Part shown: positions 44,311 to 57,510 of the stretch, piece by piece
How positions within the stretch are numbered: position 1 is the stretch's first letter
How the letters are laid out: each line of letters begins with the position of its first letter
From: Lama glama
Taxonomy: Eukaryota
Assembly (NCBI GenBank): GCA_028534125.1
Contig: CM052831.1
Span: 930,001 to 994,000, forward strand
Direction of reading: 5' to 3'
DNA length: 64,000 bases
Program-made: the position numbers and the translations under genes
The notes under the pieces: generated by a model
The model's input: the letters and a program-made list of their open reading frames with translations, nothing else
Databases searched by the model: none
Told to the model about the DNA's origin: nothing

Positions 44311-47300
44311 CCCGTTCGTAAAACCGGGAGACACCTACTTGTCTCATCAGAAAGGTGCTGGGAATGAATGAACCAGCACAGCACGCTGGCATGCAGTGGG
44401 TCCACACCAAACTGAGCTTCCATCCCTTTCCCTACAAACGACCTCAGGGAGAGCGTGGGTGAGCTGCCCCGGCGTCCAGCATGCTCCCCCGAGGGGCACT
44501 TGGCTACGCGTCCCGCCTGTGCTCCTGTTCCACTCCCCAGCGATGCGGGGCAGCGGGCCGGCGTCCTCAGCATCTTCATGGCGCCCTTTCACCTTGGTTT
44601 CCTTCTAACTAAAGATCCGCAGGTTAACATGTAACAGAGCTTTTCTCCTCAAAACGTTACTGGTCTGCTGTGCCCCCCCCAGGCGCGGAAGCCCTTGCGT
44701 GGTGCTGTGCCACTTGTGTGGCACTTAGGGTTTGTAACCCACAGAAGAACGCTGAAGCTTAACCTCTATTGAAACCGTGACAAACACCACTTTTAAAAAG
44801 CAAAGGAGACTGCCACGGTGAAGTGAACTGCGTTAGAAGGCACGCACGTTCATTTCTCCAGGACGGGAGACATCGTACTTTTCATGCTTAGGAAGTGGAA
44901 CCTTCTGAAAGCTTTGGAGACACTGAAGTCAGGACCCCAGAGCTTCCTGAAAAGGCAGGCGGTGGTCAGCGCTTCTCAGGCAGAGAGTAAATGGAAGTGA
45001 TCACAGAGGCAGCATGAGGAAGGGCCCCTTCTGCCCTGGACAGAGTGACAGCTCTGCATCCTTACACAGTTGTGGACTGAAGAAACGCTCTGCAAATTCA
45101 GATTCAGCCAAGATGTCATGAAGGTGAAAAGGAGGCTCCTCTGCTAAGGACTTACTGCATGTCCGGCCCTATGTCAGGCCCCTGGACCCGTGACCACTCT
45201 TGTTGGAGAACAACAGCCCAGGGCTGGGGGAGGAGTCCCCACCCTCTTTGAGGATGAGGAGATAAGAGCCAGAGAATGCTGGGAAACGGAGGTCGGGTGG
45301 AGGGTAAGGGTCTGGAGTCACTCCACCTCACCCCCCGTGACCTCAGGCAGGTGACTTCACCTCGAAAGGCTCCACTTTTCCCCTGCAGAAAGGGGCGCCC
45401 ACACAGCCACATCCCAGGGGGCAGGGGGCAGGTGAGAGTGCCATGGGTGGCCCTGCACGTGGCACACAGCAAGTGCTCAATAAACACTGCCTGTGCTGGT
45501 GGTCTGGGTGAGGGCAGGGCTGGGACACACAGCAGCCCTGTGTTCTCTGGGCTGGAAAACCCACTGGACCGTTTCCAAGTCCAGGACGCCGACTCCCCTA
45601 GGATACAGTGCAACCACCCACTGCTCCTTAAAGTGGCATTAATTACGCATTGACACGATCACTGCATACGGTATCAAGCACGCACTAACATGACCAATGC
45701 ACGCGGTAGCACCAGTCAGCACATGAGAGCACGGCCAGAGGGCTGGTGGTTGCAGGGAGTTTGGAGGTGGGAACCCAGGCCTTCCTGTTGACCCTCAAGC
45801 AAGCACAGGAGCAAAGCAGACCTCAGGCCTCCGCTCCTTAAGGAGTCGATGGGGGTCCCACATGATAACCGGCCTCAGGCGGCCTCCACTCTCCAGTCTT
45901 GTCAGAACAACAAACAAGGCGAAGGCAGGCCTTGGGCAGAAGCATCTGCCGGCTCGCGGGCCTCCCACCAGCCCCAACCTCCCGGGCCTGCCTGTGAGGG
46001 CTGGAGACAGGCCATCTGACCCTCGCTGCCCACGCCCCGCCATCCGGGCTCGGCCCCCTGCACGGAGGGCGGGGCTCGGTCCTGCAGTGGCCGGCCTGGC
46101 ATGGGAGACTGCTCCCCGACGGACCCAGCAGGATGGGCGGTGGCCTGGCCTCTGCCAGCAGGGCTTGGAGTCCCCTCATGCCATCGGGCTGGGTGACTGC
46201 GGAGAGGGGTGGCAGCCACAGCCACGTGGGGCAAATTTAAATGAGCTTCAGTGAAAACTATTAAAACTAAGTTGCTCAGTCCCAGCAGCCGCATGCTAGG
46301 GCAGAGGGAGGATGCACCCAGCACCACGGGAGGTTCCGTTAAGCAGCGCTGAGGACGATTTCTGTTGGGGGGGTGCCACGCAGAATGACTGGTCTGCATT
46401 TAAAATGTTGTCTGAATCACAGAGCGCTGCATCCTTTCTGCGCTTGTAGCAGTCACAAACGTCCAAGGCAGATATTCGAGACAAACCAGGAAAGCGCCGA
46501 GCAGCCCCAAATGTGGGACAGACAACCTCGGACCTAATCTGGCTCCACCGGGGGGAGGCCTCCTGGAGGGTTCCAATTCTCTGGACCTCAGTTTCCTCGT
46601 CTGCAGAGTGGGGAGAACAGTGGTCCCTCCCTCCCTGGATTGTGGGCAAGATGACCTGAGATCACCTGTATGAAGGTGGCAGGTCAGGGCTGGACACAGA
46701 CGAAGTGGACAGCACATACAGGTTGCAGAAATGAAAAAGAAAAAAAAAAAGCAACAAACCAGCCGGCCCCGGTCAAGCAGAAGTAAACAGAGTCCGGTCG
46801 CACTTCTCTGGCTACCAAAGTGAACTGTAGGAACTGACTGGGGACACCCTTCAGGACACATCGTTGGGAGAAAAAAACTCACATTGTGCCTCCGTTGTCA
46901 CCACTTATGTTTTTAACAACCCCACATAATCATACTGTCTGTTTCCTTGGCCCCCGGAAGGCCGTCTGTCCTGCCTGTGGCCTTGGACACTCTCTCCTGG
47001 GTCATGGGCCCCGTGGCTCCTGCCCACCAGCCGAGTTCTCCCAAACTAGACAAAGCTGCCTGGTAGGTGATTACCGTGTCCTCTGCAGGGCATGGGTTCA
47101 TGCTGGGACACCCATGACAGGGGCCTCGCAGAGGGGCAGGAGGTACGGATGGAGGTGGGCGTGGGGTGCCTTCCGGCCGGACATTCAGAAAGCATGAGGG
47201 GAGTCCTCACTCAGTCAGCACCAGGCCGCCGTTTCCAGTTCCCGTAGATTTCCCAGAGACAGCTGTGTGTTTCCTGCTTTCAGTTTTCCCCTCGGTGCTT

Positions 47301-50300
47301 TGCATCCTCACAAATCCTTCCTGTTTCAGGCTGCAGCGTGATTATGCCATTTAAACGTAGCTACCACCTTTTCAGAGCCCACTTGCAACGAAAGCCCGGC
47401 TTGTTCTCTGCGTTCCTGCAACGTCCCACTGCAGAAACGCCATGAGCAGTGGCACGCGGCACCAGTTTCAGGACATGAGACCAGTGACAAGCAGAAAGGG
47501 AAGGAAGTGCATCCTTGAGCGAAAAGGCCACCAGAAGAGCATGTGTGGTCATCAGCTGACACATTCCACTGATGCCAGAAACGTCCTTGCTAGGTTGTGA
47601 GAGCAGAGTGTGGGACAAAAGGACAAAGTCCCAGGGGAAGGGACCACAGGGGATCTGGTCCAGGCTTGACAGGGACTTCCTGCCGCCTCATGGGCGTCAG
47701 TCCGGGGGTTGGGGAGCGAGGAACACCATGGGATCAGGGAGGCTCTGCGTCTGTCTCTCACTCTCTCTTTAAAAAACGTGCGTCTGGCAGAGTCCAAGAC
47801 TGCAGCTTGCTGGCCTAGAAAACAGTTTGTTTCCCTCAACAAAAGCCATTTCCTCCTCTGCTGTTTGCTAATGGTCCAAACTTCCATCATGGACACTTGG
47901 AACATGTTTTCGTCTCCCCAGCTACCACTGCACTGAGCGCCCCTCAATGGAAGAAAACTTCTCCCCTTGTGCTCTCTGCAGCATCCCAGCACAAGCTCGA
48001 CTACAAAGGATGTAAAGAAATTAATTTCTCTACTAACTGACAACAGCTTGAAAAAGTTATAAAGATGCCAGGATTCAGCATATGGGCTATGGAAACACAT
48101 TTCGGCTCAGAATTTTCTTTTTTTTTAAGCTGTTACAACATGCTTTATAATGTACCCAGCTAAAAGGCTGTTAACAGTGCAGCGTTTTAGAAATAATGCA
48201 TTCTCAGGATTTCATATTTAGAGAGTTTATTTGAAAACATCCTACTCTCCACTGCATAAATAAGAGGAAACAGCATGACAAAAAGTGTCACAACTATGGT
48301 TCCTGGAGTCTAGCGGGATGATCTTTCTTTTGTATCAAGCTGTGGAATGATGACGGTTCTGGAGAACAGGGCTAGACTGCCTCCACCGTGGGATCGGCCA
48401 CCACCCTCCCACAAGCCACGTTCCTTTTCTGCCTTCTGAGGTGGTGGGACTCCGGGCGATCCTGGGATAGCCAGAATCATCCAGAAATGCCAGACCTTTC
48501 CGAGGAAAGGTGGTACATATGAAATGTAATGTGCCTCTGGCTTGTAAACAGGCAACAGCTGTGGGGAGGGGAGAGGCTACAGAAACTTCCAGGATGTGAT
48601 GAGATCAAGGAGTAAAGAGTCTGTGACAAAATAACAGGATGCCCAGCGAATCCTGAACAACACTTGAGGCAGATGACAGCTCCCTGAGAGCAGCGTCCCA
48701 AGGGTTTGAACCTCAGAAAAGGGCTTAATGTAGGGAAAAAAAACCTCATGTAACATCAAAGGGGTGGACAACAGTATGCCCAATCCGGTAGATTCCCGAC
48801 CTGACCTGGCTTTTACAGATGCTTCATTTTTAAACTGTTTTTCTCCGTGTCCTTAAGATTATCTTCATTCTTGCTAGAAGACAGATTAAATAGACTGTGT
48901 TCTGACTCACATGTTTTCCTCTGCACTATAAGCCCCTCAACTGGCAGAGTTACTGGAAGAAGAAAGAAGACAAGCTTCGGCAGGGGTCTGTGATCGAGCC
49001 CTGCCCGCTGCACAGTGGCTGCATGAGCCCGGCCCCAGCCCCACTGCCGTGCTCGGCCCTCCCATCAGTTCGTATCGCCACGGCTGCGAGCTAGCAGGCT
49101 GCCGAAGGGCTAAATGACAAGGCAGCAGTCACCGTCCACGCCAGCAAGCCATGCTCTTCCCTCTTCCAACTTTGTGTTTCATTCCTGCAGTGGTGACTCC
49201 AGGAACAAGGCCTGCCCCAAGATGCCTGAGTCCCAGCACGGTGTCTGTCCCCTCCAAAACATGGCCCCTACTCGGGCCATGCAAGTCTGCAGGAGCTGCA
49301 CCCAGAGCAGCCCCCCGGGTGCCCGCCATCAGGAGGGCAGAGGGAGCAGCTGCGTGGGGCACACCTCCTATAAGACTGGCTGAAACATCTCCTATTTTCA
49401 CCCACCCTGCTAACAAAGTGATTGTGACTTTTCTGCAGCAAACGTGAAGAGAGTTGAAACAGAATGGGACACCCCGTGGCCAGGACAGAGGTGGCTCAGA
49501 CGGGAACAAGTCAGGGGATGAGAGGGAGAGGGAGAGGTCCGGGGAGCCTATCCTCCCTCCCTCCCTCCCTGCTCATGGGTCCACATCCTCCTGGCTCTCC
49601 AGTCTTGCACTCCTCCTGCCTAGCAGTTTCCACAAAACCCACCTGGTCTGTGGGCCTTGGGGGGACCCACTCCTGCCCCTTCCCTCCTCCCTTCTCATTT
49701 TTCCCCAGGAAGGGGACTCTGCTAATCTGATCAGCTCTGTTCTAGACCCTGACAGAGCTGCCCTTGCTAGGGAGGGGATCACTGTGTGTTAGAAAGTCCT
49801 CTCCCTGCCACCCTACCTGTCCCCACCTCCCTGCAGGAATGGGGAGCTCCTTGGGCCCCTCTTCAGCTCCTGTCCCTCGATGGCCTGGGGCTGGGAGGGA
49901 GGGTGAGCACCAGGGCTGCACCCCGGGCCTCTGCTCCCAGTCCTCCCCAGGCACCAGGCCCTGCGCACTTCCCGGCCTGGAATCGCTGGCCAGCCCCTGC
50001 CCATGGAGCTTGGCTGTCCGGTCTTATCCTGTTTCCCCTCAGGAAGCCCCCAACTCCTCCCTGTCCCCCAGGGTCTCAGATCTCATGACAGCACAACGGT
50101 GCATTTACCGCTACCTTGCAGAGCCACGTGTCCAGAGATGCGCCTGGGGGTGGGAGTGCCTTATCTTACATCTGCATCTCCAGGCTTATAGCAGACTCTC
50201 AAGGATGACAGGGTCTTGCAAACCAGAGAACACGGGCCACAAATGAGAGGTTCACCCCAGGTCAACTGACAGCTCACAGAACTAACTGCAGGGTCTCAGG

Positions 50301-50704
50301 CTGGCCCAGGCCGGAGCACGTGAGGAGGCCACAGCTTCCTGGTAAAACCCGGGGCCCTCTTCCTCCTGGGTTTGCACACAGAAGGCATCTGAGGGACAAG
50401 GGGGCCGTGTCGGGTGGCCTGGGACACTGGGCCAGCAGTCTGGGAAGTAGGAGTCCCCATCCGGCCCCCACCTGCTCCGGGCTGTTAAGAACGCGGTCTC
50501 CACGTGCTCAAGATGCTGGGCTCCCAGGTTCCAATTTCAGAAGCAACTTACAAACAAGCAGAGGGAAGTGCAGGAACGGGGGGAGAGTGGCACGTGAAGG
50601 AGTGGAGAGCATCTCTGACAGCAGTGGAGGCTGCCAGTGACCCAGTGACCGTACAGGGACATCTGTCCACTCTGCTGGCAAAGCCCCTGGTCTCAGTCAT
50701 TTCC

Positions 50705-50785
50705 ACACAGACACACACACACTCACACACAGACACGTATCACAGATATACACAATACCACATACACTCACACACAGACACACAG
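50705..50785. repeat. Degenerate (CA)n microsatellite
   Basis: acacagacacacacacactcacacacagacac... Confidence 0.8.
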
Positions 50786-53700
50786 CTGAAGAGATACCAC
50801 AAAATGGGGAACTGTCTCTGGGTAACCAACTTAAGGTTTAGTTTTTCTGTCCTTTTTCAATATTTTCCAAAATTTCTACAATACACTGGTATTTTGTCAT
50901 CAGAGGGAAAATAAAGCTTATTTTTTAAATGCCCTGTGTACGTAAGAACCGATTCGTGAGGGTGAGAACAGGCAGCAAGCTCTGCCATCAGCCCACGGTC
51001 AGATCCGCTGGGGTAAGTGACTATAACCGGAGTCAGTGCCCAGTTCATGCTCGCGCAGGGCAGCACCCCACCGGGGCTGCACGCGGTGTCGGGGGTGTGA
51101 GGGTGTGCTGGGCGTGGGGGGCCAGTCTGTGGCCTGACCAGAGCTGTCACCACCACCAAGACACAAGGGCAATGACAAGAAGCAGCTCCAGGCAGTGCTC
51201 TTCATTATTCTGCCATCTCTGCCTTCTTGGAGACATGCCCGAGAGCTGCTTGGTCACCTGCTAGGCTGGCAGGAAACGGCTGCCCTTCCCGCTCTGCGGC
51301 AGCTCCGCAGCTCCCCCTGCCAGGCCTGACCCCGGGCTCAGGACTTCCTTTGACTGGAAACAGCGCAGGTGATGCCCAGCCAGGTCTGGGTCCAGCCTCC
51401 AGAGGTCTTGCTGCTTCTGGAACCCCGCTAACCGGCCAACAACAGAGACCAGCCCAGCACGCCACAGCCTCGGCCTGTCACCTGCCCACGGCTGCCAGCC
51501 ATCCAGCGGAAGCCCAGGCCGCCACACGGACCTGTGGGCCCAGGACCTAGAAAAAAAGGCTGTTGCTTAAGCTACTTGGTTTTGGTGGCTTGTTACAACA
51601 ACAGCTGCTTGATTAACTGTCACACTGTCCTGGGTGAGAAAACCCTGGCTCAGCTGAAGCCTGCCCTCAGAGAACTCTGTCTTGGATGGTGAGGCTCTGG
51701 CAAGAGACCTGTTCCCTGTGATGGACACCAGGGATCCCCGTCCAGCTAGGCTCTGCAGGTGAAGAGCCGTAAATAAAACCTGGTCAAGCAGCACTGCCCC
51801 TACTGACTCTTAGATTGTTTTTCACTTTAAATCAAAAACACATGAACGCAGCCTCAGACCTGCCAGCCCAGGCCCTCGGACGGGCACCCGCCAGGTCTCT
51901 CTGTGCCACGCACGGCTGTGCCTCTGTGTGACTGTGTGTTATGCTCTGTTTCCTTCCATAAGCAGCACTCTATTTTCCCCTTAACAGTATGTGTTGGAGG
52001 CCTTTCCACAGCCAAAATGATGGATTTCTCTCCTTCCTTTCGGCCAGCGGGGTCCAAGCGTGCCTGGTCTGGGCGACCACCCCACTGTGTGAGCACAGGG
52101 CTGCTTCTGGCTTTCCACCAGGACAGCTTTGTGGACACACGGCGGATCCCTTGGGTGGACTCACTGGTCAAGTGAGCATTTTAAAGAGAAGACAGCAGCA
52201 GGTAGAGACTCCACAGTCCCCTGAACTGACCCTTCCTGCAAGACCAGTCGAGCTTCCTGGCCGGTGTTTCTGGTGTCCCTCACCCCCTCGCTCCCCCTCC
52301 CACAGCTTCAGGCCCGTGAAGCACAGGACTGCCAAACAGTTTTATCTCTGCTGCCTTAATCTAAAAAGCACATGCTCTGAAGTTGCTGTATTTATCCAAA
52401 AGGGGGAAAATCGCCCTCCACTTACTTGCTCTGGTGCCTTTGACTGATTTTTCTGAGTCAATGGTCTTGACTTAAAAAGATTTTCCACTGTTTCTGATGT
52501 TTATAAAATAAACATCAGGTTCTCATGGGAAGAAGAGGAAAGGAGTCACCGTGAAAACGGGAGACATAACACGCACAAGTAAGCACAACAAAACCCAGGA
52601 AGACTGAAAAAAGGAAAAAGGAGAGAGCAGCAGGCGGAGCGCGAGCAAAGAGCCCGGGCCGTGCTGCGGGGGCACCCGCTGCCCGGCAAAGGCGGACTCG
52701 CTTCCACACCCTCTCCCGGCCCCTCAGGGGTCCAGGCACACGGCCCTGGACCACGGGTTTTCCAACTGTTGCCAGTCACATTCCACGGGCTCTCCGGGCG
52801 CGTACGGAGAACAGAATGCGGATCTGCAGCGCAGCGTCACTCAGTCAGCATCCACGTTCCCGGGCCTGAGTTTAGGCTCTGCGTCTGGGGTCCAGTGCTG
52901 AGGCCATGACCCGCTGACCCCTCTCTCCTCACTGCCAGGGGCGACAGTAAGGAGGGCAGCGCGCAGTCCTCACAGAGGAAAGTTCCTTCTGCAAATAAGA
53001 CACCGCTCAGAAACCACCCGTGACGCAGGGCCACACGCTGCAAGACGTGCAGGTCTCACTGCCCCAGGCAGGGCCCCAACACCTGTCTTCGCAGGCGGGC
53101 CCCACGCCCACCCTGCCTCGGGCTCGGTGCGCAGCTCTGAGCAGCCAGGCCCCTCCGGGACTGGGGAGCCTGTCTTCCAGGGGTGGCACTTCCCGCCCCA
53201 GCCTGGTTACAGCCCTCGGAGGCCTGCCTCGCCCAGGAAGGCTCAGCTGTTTCTGTCGGCCGCCTTCTGCAGGCCTGATTCCAGTTCGGTCACCTCTGGT
53301 TGGTGGCCAGTTCGGCGGCTGGGGGAGATGAGGAGGCCGCACCTGCACCTCCCCAAGCCCTGGCTGGCTTCACCCTGCTTCCTCAGCCCTGGCCTGCGAG
53401 AGGCCCTGCGCCACCTCCGACTCTGTGACCGCCAGGCTCAGCCACCCACTGTCCTGCCATGGTCACGAGCTCCCCAGGCCCCCTTGAAGGAGGAGATGCC
53501 TACACTAAGGGAGACACTCTCTCCGCTGCAGGGAGTCAGTCCCGCTGTCACCCTCATAACCGTAAAAAGCAAAATAAAGAAGAAACAAAAAACAGATACA
53601 AAAAGCTCCACAGTGATGTGTTTCAAGATTGCAAGAAATACTTCACTTCTGCTCCAGTTTCCTCAGTTGAAAGATGAGAATTCTCCAGCCTCTTGCTTCA

Positions 53701-55346
53701 GGCTGTTGGCTGGCCTAGAAGTGTCGCATGTGCACCCAGGGCCTCAAGTGCCTTCTGCCCACTGCCTGGACCAGCTCTCACAGCAGCCCTACGGGGCAGT
53801 ACCACTGGTCTCCACTTCACTGAGGGAGGGGACGGGACCATGGCTTCGCTTTGACCACCTTGGGCTGTTGACCCAGCAGGAGCGCAGGGAGTAACCACCC
53901 AGGCCAGGAGGGGGGGTCCTGAGCTGTGGCCTGGGTGGGGGGACGCTGCATTCCCTGGGCCATGGCCCTGGAGGGGTGCTGGGGTTTGTCACCCAGCTGC
54001 CCATCCCCCGCAGGGCTCCCAGCTGGCCTCCCCACAACCCTTCCACTCAGCTGTTGAGGGAACCAGCCTCAGCTGGGGGAGGGAGAGGGACTGTCAAAAA
54101 GAAAGATGTCCTCTGAGATGTATTTCAAACGTGTGCCCTCATGGTCACATGACCGGTGCCCTTTAGACGGGACACCCCCTCGACTACACGTGTCTTCTGT
54201 TTCAAAATGCCATCTGCGAAGGGCTGAGCTAAAGGAAGGGCCCCGGACCCAGAGACGCTCTTGCAGCCAACGCAGCCCCATCTGCACGGGGCTGCCCCAA
54301 CGTTGCCCAACCTCGGAAAGAAAAGCAGAAGATAAAACCTTGATTCAAACAATTTCACTTCTTGTGAGCCACTGTGACAGGGGAACAAGGGACGATCCAA
54401 AGCTCACACCAGCTGCGCTCTGCTCTCTGAGGCAGCGGAAGGTCGTCCAACAGAACTGAGAGGTTTAGGTGTCTGTGCGCAGCCTCGTCAGGTGAGGGGT
54501 GCCTCTGCTGCCTGGCCCGCCCCCCTGGGCCGCAGCCCCTCCCCACAGAGGCCCAGAATGCCACATGTTCGTACAGCGGACGATACTCGTAACGACAGAT
54601 GCAAAGAAGAGAAGGCTGCTTCTGAGTGCAGGCGGCTGGGGAGGCACAGGCCACGGCTCGTGGTCGGGAGGGCAGCCCCAGGGCGGTTTCTCAGTGCCGC
54701 TGGACAGGCATGTGCCACTGCTGCTCTGAATGCAGAGCAGGGGCCCCCACTGCGAGCCCCAGACCTCCCCCGCAGCGGCAGTTGCCCCGCAGCCGTCCCG
54801 GGTACCACCCTCCCAGCTCTGTCTCAGACCCTCTGACTCTGCTGGTTCCTACCTGCTGTTTACCTCATACATTTCTTTACACAGGGACTTCGATCTTTTA
54901 TCGACGCATTTACCAAAGGCATTTTCTGTCACTACCGTTCATGGAAAACCAGAACCACTTCGTACAAACAGAGTAACTGGCGAAGACTGCTCCTTACCTA
55001 CCCCTATCCATTCTCTCCCTTTTTCTTAGTAACTTAAACCTGGTTCTATCCACCAGGCAGCGTACCCAGGTGGAGCACTCTATCTCCCAGCCTCCCCAGC
55101 AATTAGGAGAGCCCATGTGACCGCGTTCTAGTCATTAAGATATAACAGAAAGTTGATAGATAAAGCATCCACAGAGGAAGGCAGGCATCATCTCTGATGT
55201 CTAAGATAAAAGTGTGATGTGATGGCTGGAACGTCAGCCACCTTTCTGGACCAAGAGGGAAACTTGAGGCTGGCCACTCTAAGGGTGGCAGAACAGACAG
55301 AGGAAGGTGGGTTTCTTGACAAAACAATGGAGCCATCACTCTAGGG

Positions 55347-55856
55347 TGTATCAAGCATGTCTTTTGTTCTGATGTTTTGTCACCTGGGGCCTTATGGACC
55401 TTGAGGAAACTGCCTCTCCTGGGGCTGGCCAATTTCTAGAGAATACCGACCTGCCTTCCAGGGTGCCTCTCATATTCAATTCAGAGCCCACTCACCCTAC
55501 CCCCATCTCTTCTGTCAGGCTCTCACACTCTGGGCCAGTATCCTCCTGCCCTAGTCACCCAGGGTCAGTACCAGACAACCAGGACCGCTCCCACTCCACA
55601 GAGCCCCCTGGAACTGTTCAAACCAGCCAACCCTAAGCCTGCTCACCCTGCCTCACCTCTCCCCAGGGAAGCCGCAGTAGAGTCCCCAGTCCCCAGCTCC
55701 CTGACCTCCCTGGAGCTTCCCTGTGAGGCCCTGCGTGGTGTGGTGTCCCCCTCCTCTGGGACTGAGGAACAACTCTCTTTTCAGTGACTGTTGTCTCCTG
55801 TCCTCTGATCTGTGGGCCTCACCACACCTGAGTAATGAGACCTACATCTTAAAACA
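55347..55856 (+). mobile_element. ERV1 solo LTR (MER39-like)
   Basis: TG...CA termini; gatgttttgtcacctggggcctt...ggccaatttctagag...ctcacactctgggcc...ccagacaacc...acctacatcttaaaaca; degenerate 4-bp TSD aggg/tggg. Confidence 0.75.
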
Positions 55857-56289
55857 TGGGCCCGGAATATCTCCAGACGTCTTTCCAGTTAGAAATTTAC
55901 TTTTTCTTGTTTAATCCACTGATACAATCAATCTCAATTCCAGCAACCAAACTTAATTCCTAACTGACATAGAAATCACAAAATAAGTATGTATCTTTTA
56001 AAACAAACGGTGATTGTCTATGTACTATTCAAAGCCGACTTGGGCTCCACCCTTGAAGACCTGGGCCCAGATCAATACTTGAATAGGCCTGAGGTCTTTT
56101 CCAGGGACACCTCCTCCACTCATGTTCTCTGCCACAAGTCACTGTGGGTCCTCACAGGTGGGAATGTATGTCCCCAACCTCGGGCTTGGCCAATGGAACA
56201 CGGACAATCTGGCCTAGACTTTAAAAAGCATCACACGATCTCACTGTCCTCGCCTGCTTCTGACAGGGCTCTGGGAGGAACAGGACTCG

Positions 56290-56468
56290 GCCAGACCACT
56301 GGCCCAAGGAGAGGACTGGACCCAATCTGCGGCGTGAAGCTGAGCCCAGCCAAGTCTGGCCCAAGCCAGCCAACCTACAGACGTGGGAAAGACAAAGTTA
56401 TTGTCTTGAGCTAATGAGCTTGGGGGACTTAGTCACACAATATTATTGTGGCAACTGCTGACTGATTC
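56290..56468 (+). mobile_element. MaLR LTR 3' fragment (MLT1)
   Basis: caacctacagacgtgg...ttattgtcttgagctaatgagcttggggg...tattattgtggcaactgctgactgat. Confidence 0.55.
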
Positions 56469-57289
56469 GGTCAGAAAAGCAGCGATCTACAAGTGCTTAC
56501 TGATTTCCCAGTTTGTTAGAACCAATACGAGGACACCCAGGTGCATAAACACGTGTATAACACGTAACACACAACACACACACAAATTCAGTGGCACCGC
56601 TCCTGGCCGCAGGTATCTTACGTCTTAGCTCAGGAGCCTTCGCTGCCCGAGACCACCAGCCAAGCTCAGTGCCAGCTGTCCTCTCAGGAGGAGCTGTGTC
56701 ACCGTCCCCAGACGAATGGACTCCACCAGAGGAAGAAACTCTTCACTAGACTCCTGAGGGGCCTTGGGGACCCAAAGGGAGCAGTGACAGGGTCGTGAGC
56801 CCAGCAGAGTTGATGTGAGCCAGGCCCCAGTCACCGGGACTCAGCCGTGCTAGACCACAACCGGCGGCGCCTGGGACAGAGCTGCTGACAGCGCTTTGCT
56901 GCAGGAAAGGGGTGCGTCTGCCGCGTGCACCGAGCCCCTACCACACGGGCTGGTGCACGTCACCACATCATGTCTGCATACAGCTGCATGGGGGCTTTAC
57001 TCCCGTTCTGCAGACAAGGGGACCAGGGTCACTGGGCCCTACGGGCCTGTGCTGCCCCTCTGTCCACCTCCCTCCCCTCACTCATGGCACCGGGTCTCCT
57101 GACCCTGCTCTTCCGCTGTGGGGCCTCTGCGCTGGGTCCCTTGCCTCCAGATATCCTCGGGCCCTCCCCTCCTCCTCGGAAGGGTTCCTGCCCCACTGCT
57201 CTGCCTCGGCCCCGTTTGATTTTCCTTTGTGACACTTTAAGTCACTCATTTTTGCTCTCAGCTGACAATGGCAGGAACTGTGTTGTCTT

Positions 57290-57372
57290 GTTCACAGAAG
57301 TGAACGAGGCCTGGCCCCTTGACAGGTGCTCAGTGAGTCACAGAACGAACGAGTGAATGAATGAACGAACGA
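57290..57372 (+). mobile_element. L2 3' end with (GAAT)-type tail
   Basis: ggcctggc...caggtgctcagtgag...gagtgaatgaatgaacgaac. Confidence 0.55.
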
Positions 57373-57399
57373 GCAGCGGTGTGAGGCTGGGAGGCGGAG

Positions 57400-57510
57400 G
57401 AGCTGGCAGGGAGGCAGCAAGGTAGGAGGCAGGAGGCAGGGAGCCAGGGAGGTGGCAGGAGGCAGGGAGGAGGCAGGGAGGCAGGGAGGCAGGAGGCGGC
57501 AGCAGCAGCA
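57400..57510. repeat. Purine-rich (GGAGGCA/GGGAGGCA)n simple repeat
   Basis: ggaggcaggaggcagggagccagggaggtggcaggaggcagggaggaggcagggaggcagggaggcaggaggcggc. Confidence 0.85.
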
